A DNA stretch of 64,000 nucleotides from an uncultured Porphyromonas sp. GTDB taxonomy: Bacteria; Bacteroidota; Bacteroidia; Bacteroidales; Porphyromonadaceae. The stretch is from assembly GCF_902489635.1 (NCBI RefSeq), contig NZ_CABUAN010000006.1, positions 16,682-80,681 on the forward strand. Reading direction: 5' to 3'. Every line of letters starts with the position of its first letter. Within the stretch, counting starts at the first letter, position 1. The notes beneath the pieces are model-generated. The model ran no database searches and had not been told where the DNA came from. It was given only the letters and a program-made list of their open reading frames with translations. This document shows positions 29,663-37,585 of this stretch, in pieces. The position numbers were made by a program, and so were the translations under genes.

Positions 29663-30090
29663 AAAATAAATATCTCCTCTGCTTTCTATTTCTATGGCAT
29701 TGCTATTCTTGTACATTAGAGCCAAGAATAGCAATACCTCAAGAATTAAAACAAGAGCTTGTAAGAACAGGGCATTATAATTCGTATGTAAGATTATTGA
29801 ATCAGTCTTTGGATTCAAATAACGTAGAGGACTTATCTCATTTCTTAAGCATAGATTATTTTTCCACTTGTTCAACAGGTTCAGAACATGGACAAATTTT
29901 ACTAGAAATATTACGGGAAAAAGGTGACGTGTTTGTTTTCAAAGCCCTTACACTTCTAAGTCAATCAAAAAAAACAAGTGTCAAAGGGTATCTCTTAATA
30001 GGAATAGATAGTCAAGGAAAATGCGATATCAGCTATTTTATAGAAAAGTACCCTAGGTCTTTTGGATATCTAAAGATAAAGCCATGGTAA
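29659..30090 (+). CDS. Hypothetical lipoprotein, candidate immunity protein
   Basis: MKNKYLLCFLFLWHCYSC lipoprotein-like signal; translationally coupled to the toxin fragment. Confidence 0.65.
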   Translation: MKNKYLLCFLFLWHCYSCTLEPRIAIPQELKQELVRTGHYNSYVRLLNQSLDSNNVEDLSHFLSIDYFSTCSTGSEHGQILLEILREKGDVFVFKALTLLSQSKKTSVKGYLLIGIDSQGKCDISYFIEKYPRSFGYLKIKPW

Positions 30091-30101
30091 ATGATTTGCA
30101 T

Positions 30102-30185
30102 TCTTACAACCTCGGTGGACTGGTGGATCATGTGCGTGGTTACAAGTCCTACAGCTACGACTATGTGAACAAGATTGGCTACGAC
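30102..30185 (+). pseudogene. Rhs/YD-repeat core fragment (28 codons)
   Basis: SYNLGGLVDHVRGYKSYSYDYVNKIGYD, homologous to the fragment at 32840. Confidence 0.8.
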
Positions 30186-30251
30186 ATGGTCATATCTTGA
30201 TAGGTCCTTTTAGAATAAGTCAAGATATGACCGTGTTAAAAGACAAATAGC

Positions 30252-30533
30252 ATGACATATAAGAATTTTTCTATACTAGCTAAAGTTGTTATAACCTTGA
30301 TTCTAACATATTCTGTATTTATGATACTGCTCATGTCGATTTTTGACTTGCTCTCTATGTCGACATCCGTGAGTTTTACAACATTCTTGATCGAAAAGAT
30401 GATTCCTAATATTTCAGCTGTAATTGCACTTGTTTTTCTTATTAGGTATCTTTGGATTACAGGTAAGAACTCCAATACTTCTAAAAAAGATTCCATTGAA
30501 AAAATGCGGATGCAAAAGCCAAACAGGAATTAG
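30252..30533 (+). CDS. Small two-helix membrane protein, hypothetical
   Basis: 93 aa with two hydrophobic segments; AT-rich; lies within the cargo array. Confidence 0.55.
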   Translation: MTYKNFSILAKVVITLILTYSVFMILLMSIFDLLSMSTSVSFTTFLIEKMIPNISAVIALVFLIRYLWITGKNSNTSKKDSIEKMRMQKPNRN

Positions 30534-30549
30534 AAACTTTACAACAGAT

Positions 30550-30852
30550 ATGGGGAGCAATGAGGCGATAACTAATTTCTCAGTACTGGAAGTTAATTGT
30601 AGTGGTGGTTATCGGGGTGGCTCAAACCTTCTAATAGAGTTCAATGCAAAACAATATTACGTAGGAATTACTGCGAGTCAATGTAAATCTTTCTCTTCCA
30701 AAAAGATAAAACTATTTTACGACAAAGAATGCGATAAGATATTTGAACAACACGATGTGACAGTGAGATATACCGTATGGTACTTTATTCTTTATTTGTG
30801 TTCATGTCTTTGGTTGTTTTGTATAGCAAAGAACAGAAGAACTCAATGGTAA
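30550..30852 (+). CDS. Hypothetical protein with C-terminal membrane helix, possibly 5'-truncated
   Basis: Open frame 30424-30852; portion from MGSNE.. taken here; start uncertain. Confidence 0.45.
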   Translation: MGSNEAITNFSVLEVNCSGGYRGGSNLLIEFNAKQYYVGITASQCKSFSSKKIKLFYDKECDKIFEQHDVTVRYTVWYFILYLCSCLWLFCIAKNRRTQW

Positions 30853-30884
30853 TATAAATCACAGACTATTCAAAAAGAACTAAT

Positions 30885-31214
30885 GTGGAGAACGGTTATT
30901 CATTGATGAGTTTGGGGATAGATGCTTATGCATTCCCTAAACAGCAGGCACTTAACATAATTTCTAGATTAAGAAAGAATCACATCCCTATTCTGGGAGG
31001 TGATGTGTACTGCTTTAATAATGGACTTTTAACGGATAGTTGTGATAGTTGGTATTGCAACTTGGAAATAGGCGAAACTCAGCAACAATTTGTGCAAAGG
31101 AGCTGTCTTGTAGCTGAAAAGTATATTGAAAGTTACCCTGAGAATGACATCGTCAAAAATCTGTTTTCAATAGTGATAGAAACAGATATTCTTGAGTATC
31201 TGGATAATGGGTAA
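30885..31214 (+). CDS. Imm40-like immunity protein
   Basis: AL.II..L....IPILGGDVY, DSWYC, S...AEKYIESY pattern; GTG start uncertain. Confidence 0.75.
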   Translation: MENGYSLMSLGIDAYAFPKQQALNIISRLRKNHIPILGGDVYCFNNGLLTDSCDSWYCNLEIGETQQQFVQRSCLVAEKYIESYPENDIVKNLFSIVIETDILEYLDNG

Positions 31215-31218
31215 AGAT

Positions 31219-31909
31219 CTATGGTGTCCTAAACGTTTTTGGAGGACGATGGGTGTAAGATAGCTGTCAAGCGGGTCAATCGCCCCTTGACATTTGCTGT
31301 AAAAACGGGGGGATCCCCCCTATGCTATTTCGGTCTCGTCTGGAGGCGGTAAAAACGGCTCATTTATCCACTGAAAGAGGTCGATTTTGGTGAACGTGTT
31401 GAGTCTCAAGGAGGCTGTTAAATTAGAGAGACACCAAGGGTGTTTTGCTATTCGCTTGAGATATTGAAGTAGGAGAATCATAATCAGAGCCGTCCAGATC
31501 TGAATCTCGACAGCGTTTTGAGAGGTTCCTAGGGAACTCCTATTGGCGTTTTGGTAACTGATGTTGGATTTGGAGGGAGCTCGTGATAGACCTAGGTGGT
31601 TGAGATTGCCTGTGGCTGATTGTAGCCCCTCTGAGATTTGACGTAGCGACACGCTACCCGAGAATTGGCTGAAGATCATAGTCACCAAATGGCTCCACGA
31701 GTTAAAGCCCTCTGCATGCTTGTCTGTGCCATGCTTTTTGACCAATCGATGGATGATTTCTCGAGGTATATGTCGGATTACTTGTGCGAATAGTGTTATA
31801 TTTGCCATTGAAAAGAGTGGTTTGTGACAGCTCTTACTAGCTGTGCTTTCTTTCCAATTACAAACCTACCCTTTTCTCTTTATCCTGCAAAACGTTTAGG
31901 ACACTATTG
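31219..31909 (-). mobile_element. Internally deleted IS4-family element (691 bp)
   Basis: Inverted ends ctatggtgtcctaaacgtttt (31219) and aaaacgtttaggacactattg (31909) enclose a truncated transposase. Confidence 0.85.
31320..31808 (-). pseudogene. IS4-family (DUF4372-type) transposase with in-frame deletion of the catalytic core
   Basis: N-terminus TLFAQVI..FNSWSHLVTMIF.QF..SLRQI joined near 31535 to the C-terminal GTSQNAVEIQIWTAL; only 162 aa. Confidence 0.85.
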
Positions 31910-32123
31910 GACAAAAGCGGAAAAGGCTGAATTATTGAAAACCGGTAAGGTTAAGGGATATGAAGGTCATCACATTAATAATGTGAAAGATCATCCTGAA
32001 TTTGCCGGCAATCCCAATAATATTGAATTTGTCAAACGTCCTGAGCATCTTGATGCTCACGGCGGGAACTTCCGCAACGAAACACATGGAGAGTTACTAA
32101 ACCGAAATCCGAATAAAGATTAA
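31908..32123 (+). pseudogene. Tox-GHH-like HNH/EndoVII nuclease toxin tip, truncated by the IS
   Basis: WTKAEKAELLKTGKVKGYEGHHINNVKDHPEFAGNPNNIEFV..EHLDAHGGNFRN; begins at the IS end. Confidence 0.85.
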
Positions 32124-32185
32124 CAATTCGGTGTCCTGTTCAGTGATTAAACTGAACAGGATACCGAATCAAACGTTACTCAAAT

Positions 32186-32770
32186 ATGAAAGACTATTCA
32201 GAAATAAAAGAATTAATCCTAAAATTTTCATTCTTAGGAATAGAAGAGAGTAAATCAACTGGTGCTTTGCTAATTGGCAGAGCACCGCATATTGCGGAAA
32301 GTGCGTGGCTGAATCGACTCTATTCACCAATAGACAAAAACGAAATAATAAAAATGGAAGATGGTATTAGCAAAAAGATTCCAACTTCATATGTTGATTT
32401 CTTGACCAACTTCTCAAATGGACTCAATATACTTGGGGATACCTTATGTCTATTTGGATATCGTTCTAACTATGTGAGAACTGTTGATTTCTCATGGCAA
32501 CCATATAGTTTAATTAGTTTTAATAAGTATGATAAGCCTAGAAATTCAACAGGAGAAATGTTGTTTATCGGCAGTTATGATTGGGATGGTTCTCTATTAT
32601 ATATGACCACTGATGAGAAGGTACACTTTTGTAATCGCGATGATTCAACAAGTTTATTTATATGGGACTCTCTTTCATCTATGTTAATCAGTGAACTGAA
32701 ACGGATTTATAATATTTTCGATTCTTCTGGTATTCAAATTGATGACACGCAAGCCACCACACCTATTTAA
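32186..32770 (+). CDS. SMI1/KNR4 (SUKH) family immunity protein
   Basis: EIIKMEDGISKKIPTSYVDFLTNFSNG, MLFIGSYDWDGS, W.SL..ML..E; directly follows the nuclease tip. Confidence 0.85.
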   Translation: MKDYSEIKELILKFSFLGIEESKSTGALLIGRAPHIAESAWLNRLYSPIDKNEIIKMEDGISKKIPTSYVDFLTNFSNGLNILGDTLCLFGYRSNYVRTVDFSWQPYSLISFNKYDKPRNSTGEMLFIGSYDWDGSLLYMTTDEKVHFCNRDDSTSLFIWDSLSSMLISELKRIYNIFDSSGIQIDDTQATTPI

Positions 32771-32839
32771 TGAGCACTTGATGTTGCGATGAACAACTAA
32801 CAGAAGAACAACAGTATGGGAAACGGCAATCTTTGGCGA

Positions 32840-33198
32840 GTTACATATTCCTACAACACAACCTCGGAGGTCTTCTTGAAAAAGTCCGTGGTGAGAAGTC
32901 ATACGGATATGACTACATCACCAAGATTGGCTACGATAAGTTCGAGCAACGTACCTATCTGAAGTACTGCAACGGAGCGGAGACTTTCTACTCCTATGAC
33001 CCACAGCATCGCCGACTAGAGAACCTTGTGGTCAATGCCAAGGCAGGCACCATTATGGACAATGCCTACAGCTATGATGCCGTGAGCAACGTACTAAGCG
33101 TAAAGAACAATGCGCCACTTCCACAGAGTGGCAAGGCTGGCGGACAAATGAGTCATAGTTATACTTATGACCCATTGTATCGTTTGTCAAGCGCAACG
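32840..33198 (+). pseudogene. Rhs/YD-repeat core fragment
   Basis: VTYSYN/LGGLLEKVRGEKSYGYDYITKIGYDKFEQRTY..YSYD..YSYDAVSNV..YTYDPLYRLSSAT; frameshifted by an ACAAC duplication near 32853-32862; cut by IS sequence at 33199. Confidence 0.9.
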
Positions 33199-33308
33199 AA
33201 TAGCATAGGGGGATACCCCCGTTTTTACCGCAAATGTCAAGAGGCGATTGACTCGCTTGACAGCTATCTCACACCCTTCGCCCGCCAAAAACGTTTAGGA
33301 CACTATTG
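33199..33308 (+). mobile_element. IS4-family 3' end fragment (diverged isoform, opposite orientation)
   Basis: Reverse-complement match to 31219-31329 with several substitutions; ends aaaacgtttaggacactattg. Confidence 0.85.
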
Positions 33309-33704
33309 GTCCTTGACTATATTTCAAGAGATCTAAATGTGGATAGAGAAAGCATTGCCGTTTCAAGCGTTATTTACGATCTAGACTCCTTCTTCTATAT
33401 CCCTGTGGCTGAAAACCAGGAACAAAAGGAAATGCTGATAAAAAGGCAAAACTTCTCCCGAGGTGATTTTCATTCAGATATCCTTGATAGTAACTTCAGA
33501 AAGTTGTCAAGCAGTAGTAAGTACTGCCTTTTCTTCTCTTACCTTATGGATGGAGTACTTCTAGCAGAGATCTACAAGCTTCAGAGATTTACAAAGCATA
33601 TTAATTACTCTTTTATTGTGGCGACGAACCTGCGTGAGTATGACTATATGTTGATCATTAGCAAGGAATACAAAGTAGTTAAATCACACAAGATTGAATA
33701 TTGA
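33306..33704 (+). pseudogene. 5'-truncated hypothetical gene
   Basis: 132-codon AT-rich frame whose only start is the terminal TTG of the IS end. Confidence 0.5.
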
Positions 33705-33747
33705 GTCGAGTTGAGTACGCTTAAACAAGACACAATAGTCCATTTTT

Positions 33748-33799
33748 CAATAGTGTCCTAAACGTTTTTGGAGGACGATGGGTGTAAGATAGCTGTCAA
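33748..33799 (-). mobile_element. IS4-family end fragment (52 bp)
   Basis: caatagtgtcctaaacgtttttggaggacgatgggtgtaagatagctgtcaa, nearly identical to 31219-31270. Confidence 0.85.
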
Positions 33800-33803
33800 A
33801 GAG

Positions 33804-33830
33804 GAGACTATTGACTTTTGCAATAGTCTC
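33804..33830. repeat. 27-bp GAGACT..AGTCTC hairpin (IS5-like end doublet)
   Basis: gagactattgacttttgcaatagtctc; related copies at 6697-6723 and 49169-49195. Confidence 0.75.
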
Positions 33831-33983
33831 AAGAGAGGAATAGAGAGGTGGTTGACCTCATCGTATCTAATGCGTCAGCCCTGTATTTACCTCCTATTCG
33901 TGAATTATCGGTACTTTTGTGGCGTTGTACGGTCTAGAGGCACATAGTCAGCGGTTGCCAATCTAGATGCTTAAGGCTAATCT

Positions 33984-34934
33984 ATGCGATATCGTCTACT
34001 ATTATATATACTACTGATCTGTGGCGGCGGAGGTCTATGGAGCTTCGCGGCGGCACAAGATGTCGCCATCACGACTGAGCTGACGCCCTCGACGATTCAG
34101 ATCGGAGAGTATGCACAGATCAAGATGACTATCCGCACGAATGACCTCGACAACACGCTCCTCGTGATACCCCAAGAGCGGCAGATGGGGCAGGCGGAGA
34201 TGATTGCCTTTGAGGTGACCGACACGATACCGCTCCAGGGTACAGAGGTGCAGCTGAATGCGCTGATGACCATCACTTCGTTTGCCGAGGGAATGGCCGA
34301 GCTACCCGCTTTTGGCGTGACGGTGGGCGGGGAGAGCTACTTCTCCAAGCCACTCTACCTCAAGGTGACGATGCCCGAGGTGGACACGACGCAACCGCTC
34401 AAGTACAACCCAATCAAAGCTCCTGTTTCGGTCTCGCTACACTGGTGGGAGTATATCCTCCTCGTCCTCATGAACCCCATTACGTGGGTGGTGCTGGGCA
34501 TCGTCGTAGTGGTACTCCTCATCTTGTGGTACCGACACTACAAGCGCACACGACCCGAGCCCGAGGTGGTCGTGGTACCGCTGACCGCTTTAGAGACTTT
34601 CGACCAAAGGCTCGCCACACTGCGTGCGCTACCCTTTGACCAGCAAGAGGAGCAGATAGCTTACTACGATGGCTTGATCACCGCCTTGCGAAGCTATCTG
34701 ACCGAAGGCTTAGGCTTGGAGATAGACGAATTGACCGCTCGCGAACTAGCCCAGCTACTCCAAAAGGCTCCCTACGGAGTGCCTCAGAGTGCACTAGCGC
34801 AGTGGGTGATCCACTCAGAGTGGGTACGCTTTGCCGACACCTGGGCGGAGCCTGCGTGGCAAGCCGAAGACGCAACGACCATCTACGAGGTGGTGCATCA
34901 ACTAGCTAGCAGAAAGGAGGGTAAGTCGCTATGA
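33984..34934 (+). CDS. Bat-operon associated exported/membrane protein
   Basis: Signal peptide, Ig-like region, TM helix, YY..L...LR.YL..E.T..EL motif; overlaps the batA start; TACTTTTG box at 33912. Confidence 0.75.
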   Translation: MRYRLLLYILLICGGGGLWSFAAAQDVAITTELTPSTIQIGEYAQIKMTIRTNDLDNTLLVIPQERQMGQAEMIAFEVTDTIPLQGTEVQLNALMTITSFAEGMAELPAFGVTVGGESYFSKPLYLKVTMPEVDTTQPLKYNPIKAPVSVSLHWWEYILLVLMNPITWVVLGIVVVVLLILWYRHYKRTRPEPEVVVVPLTALETFDQRLATLRALPFDQQEEQIAYYDGLITALRSYLTEGLGLEIDELTARELAQLLQKAPYGVPQSALAQWVIHSEWVRFADTWAEPAWQAEDATTIYEVVHQLASRKEGKSL

Positions 34935-35911
34935 TATGGGTTCATCCTGAGTGGTTCTGGGCGCTCCTACTCTTACCGCTGCTGGTGCTGCTCTACATGC
35001 GCTACAACAAGCGTCACCAAGCAAAGCTTTCGCTCTCGGCATACCGTCTTTTGCCTAAGAGGAGCGGATGGCGGAGCTATCTGCGGGCTTTGCCTTTTGC
35101 CTTAGAGCTACTGGCACTGGCGGCGATGATCTTAGCTCTGGCTCGCCCGCAAGACTCCAATCACTGGGAGGAGCGATCGATACAAGGCATCGACCTCGTC
35201 CTCGCTATAGACCTCAGTGGCAGTATGCAGGCACTGGACTTAAAGCCGAACCGCTTTGAGGCAGCGCGTGATGTGGCGAGCGAGATGATCGCTGCACGTC
35301 CGAATGACAACATAGGTCTCGTGGTCTTTGCGGGGGAGAGCTTTACGCTCTGTCCGCTGACGGTGGACCACAACGTGATCCAGCAGATGCTCGAGACCAC
35401 CGAGATAGGACAACTGGAGGACGGCACCGCCATAGGACTAGGGCTAGCAACGGCGATCAATACGCTCCGCGGGAGCGACAACAAGAGCAAAGTGATCATC
35501 CTCCTGACCGATGGGTCAAACAATGCGGGCGACATAACCCCCTCGATGGCCGCTGAGCTGGCACAGCAGTACGGCATACGCATCTACACGGTGGCAGCGG
35601 GAACCAATGGGGTCGCAAAGTTCCCCGTGCAGACAGCCTTCGGCACCGAATATGTGGAGGCCGATGTGCAGATTGACGAAGGCACGCTACGACACATCGC
35701 CCAGCAGACGGGCGGCAAGTACTATCGTGCGACCGACGAGACGAAGCTGCACGAGATCTACAAGGAGATCGACTCACTCGAGAAGTCTCGTCTCACCTCT
35801 CGCTCGGTGAGTGCCTACGAAGAGCGCTACATGCTCTTTGCCTTGCTCGCCATCGTGCTACTTGGTGCCGCCTTCTTATTACGAACCACCTTGCTGCGAG
35901 CTAACCCATGA
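34931..35911 (+). CDS. batA: BatA, VWA domain protein
   Basis: N-terminal H/PEW.WALLLLP, ALARPQ, DLSGSM MIDAS, GTAIGLGL, LLTDG.NN.G. Confidence 0.92.
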   Translation: MIWVHPEWFWALLLLPLLVLLYMRYNKRHQAKLSLSAYRLLPKRSGWRSYLRALPFALELLALAAMILALARPQDSNHWEERSIQGIDLVLAIDLSGSMQALDLKPNRFEAARDVASEMIAARPNDNIGLVVFAGESFTLCPLTVDHNVIQQMLETTEIGQLEDGTAIGLGLATAINTLRGSDNKSKVIILLTDGSNNAGDITPSMAAELAQQYGIRIYTVAAGTNGVAKFPVQTAFGTEYVEADVQIDEGTLRHIAQQTGGKYYRATDETKLHEIYKEIDSLEKSRLTSRSVSAYEERYMLFALLAIVLLGAAFLLRTTLLRANP

Positions 35912-36936
35912 TACAGTTTGCCTATCCCCTCCTGCTGTGGCTCCTGCTACTCGTACCGCTCCTGCTACTCGTTATGATCGTCGGTCAGAGACGACGACGT
36001 AAGCAGCAGCTGCGCTTTGCCACGCCTCAGATGCTACGGCAGATCATGCCCGACCGCTCTGCCAAGCGGGACTGGTGGCGCGCTTCGCTCAAGCTCATCG
36101 CCATCGCTCTGCTCATCGTGGCACTGGCTCGTCCGCAACTCTACACCCATGCGCCCGTCTCGTCACAGCAGACGATCGGTGTCGACCTAGCCTTCTGCAT
36201 AGACGTCTCCAACTCGATGGCGGCACGTGACGTCAAGCCCGACCGTATCGGCTTTGCCAAGCAGATTGTGACCCATACGATGCAGGAGTTGGCAGGATCA
36301 CGAGTAGCTATGGTCGTCTTCGCTGGAGGCGCTTACATACGTCTACCTCTGACGCCCGACTTGCCGACGGCTCGCACCTTCCTCGCAGACATACAGCCTG
36401 GCATGGTCTCCAACCAAGGCACCAATCTAGGACAAGCACTCGAGCGCTCCGCACAGGCACTCGCAGCGCCCTCACGAGCCGGCAAAGCGGTCATCATCCT
36501 GACCGATGGCGAGGATCACGAGGGCGGACTAGAAGAGGGCATCGAGCGACTCAAGAAGCAGGGAATCAAGGCTTACGTCGTAACCATCGGACTCCCCGAG
36601 GGTGCCAACATTCCTATTGGAGAAACGCTCCTCACCGACTCGCTCGGCGTGCCGGTACTCTCGAAGCCTAACCCTGAGATCACGGCAGAGATAGCCAACG
36701 CTACGGGCGGACAGAGCTTCGTCGGCAGCAGTCCCCGTGCCATTAGCAACCAGCTGGTTAACCAGCTCCGCACATTGCCCCAAGCCAACCTGAGTGGCGA
36801 GGGTGAGCAGATCGAGGAGCTCTATGCGCTCCCCACGCTAGCTGCACTCCTCTTGCTCCTGCTCGCCAATGGGATCATGCGCCGCAAGAGTCGCCTGTTT
36901 AGTCGTATTCAAATCTTTGGTCATCATGATGCGTAA
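35908..36936 (+). CDS. batB: BatB, VWA domain protein
   Basis: ALARPQ, DVSNSM.A.DVKP.R, QGTNLG.AL, LTDGEDHEG. Confidence 0.9.
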   Translation: MIQFAYPLLLWLLLLVPLLLLVMIVGQRRRRKQQLRFATPQMLRQIMPDRSAKRDWWRASLKLIAIALLIVALARPQLYTHAPVSSQQTIGVDLAFCIDVSNSMAARDVKPDRIGFAKQIVTHTMQELAGSRVAMVVFAGGAYIRLPLTPDLPTARTFLADIQPGMVSNQGTNLGQALERSAQALAAPSRAGKAVIILTDGEDHEGGLEEGIERLKKQGIKAYVVTIGLPEGANIPIGETLLTDSLGVPVLSKPNPEITAEIANATGGQSFVGSSPRAISNQLVNQLRTLPQANLSGEGEQIEELYALPTLAALLLLLLANGIMRRKSRLFSRIQIFGHHDA

Positions 36937-37585
36937 GCTTCTATATATTGTCTTACTCTTGCTCTCTAGCCTGACGCTCATCGGGCAGACCGTACGTCTA
37001 GACGCACGGCGGGGCAACAAGAGCTACAATCGGAGCAACTACTCGTCAGCACGCGCCGCTTATCTCTCGTCCGTGGCTCGTGACTCGACCTACGCTCCCG
37101 CCCGACTCGGTCTAGGGGACGCCCTCTACATGTCAGGCGACACGGTCGCTGCTGTGCAGATGTGGCAGCGTATAGCGAGCGACAGCAAGGCTGATCCACG
37201 CTTGCAAGCCTTAGCGTGGCACAACCTGGGCAACCGCTGTATGGACATGCAGCAGTATGACAAAGCGATCGAAGCTTACAAAGAGTCGCTCCGCAGAAAC
37301 CCTACCGACGATGAGACGCGCTACAACTTAGCCCTGGCGATCAAGCTCAACAAGCAGCCCCCACAGCAAGGTGGTGGCGGAGGTGGTGGCGGCTCACAGT
37401 CCGATCCGTCGCAGACACCTCCCGACCAGCAGCCGCAAGAGCAGCCACAAGGTAAGGAGCCGGACCTCGACAAGTCTCAGGCTGACCGGATCCTCGATGC
37501 GCTTCGCCAGCAAGAGCAACACACACGCCAGCGCATCAACCAGCGCCAGCCACAGCAAAGGAATCAGAACAAGAAGAACTGGTAA
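36929..37585 (+). CDS. batC: BatC, TPR protein
   Basis: AWHNLGN, AIEAYKESLRRNPTDDETRYNLALA, Gln-rich tail, C-terminal KNW. Confidence 0.9.
   Translation: MRKLLYIVLLLLSSLTLIGQTVRLDARRGNKSYNRSNYSSARAAYLSSVARDSTYAPARLGLGDALYMSGDTVAAVQMWQRIASDSKADPRLQALAWHNLGNRCMDMQQYDKAIEAYKESLRRNPTDDETRYNLALAIKLNKQPPQQGGGGGGGGSQSDPSQTPPDQQPQEQPQGKEPDLDKSQADRILDALRQQEQHTRQRINQRQPQQRNQNKKNW

Larger units (their letters stand above)
27951..33883. mobile_element. Non-autonomous composite element with ISAs1-like ends and 10-bp target-site duplication, carrying toxin/immunity cargo
   Basis: Left end cccggctgacgcatta (27951), right end taatgcgtcagccctg (33883); TATTTACCTC at both 27941-27950 and 33884-33893; interrupts the moxR-DUF58-orf-batA gene order. 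Confidence 0.75.
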
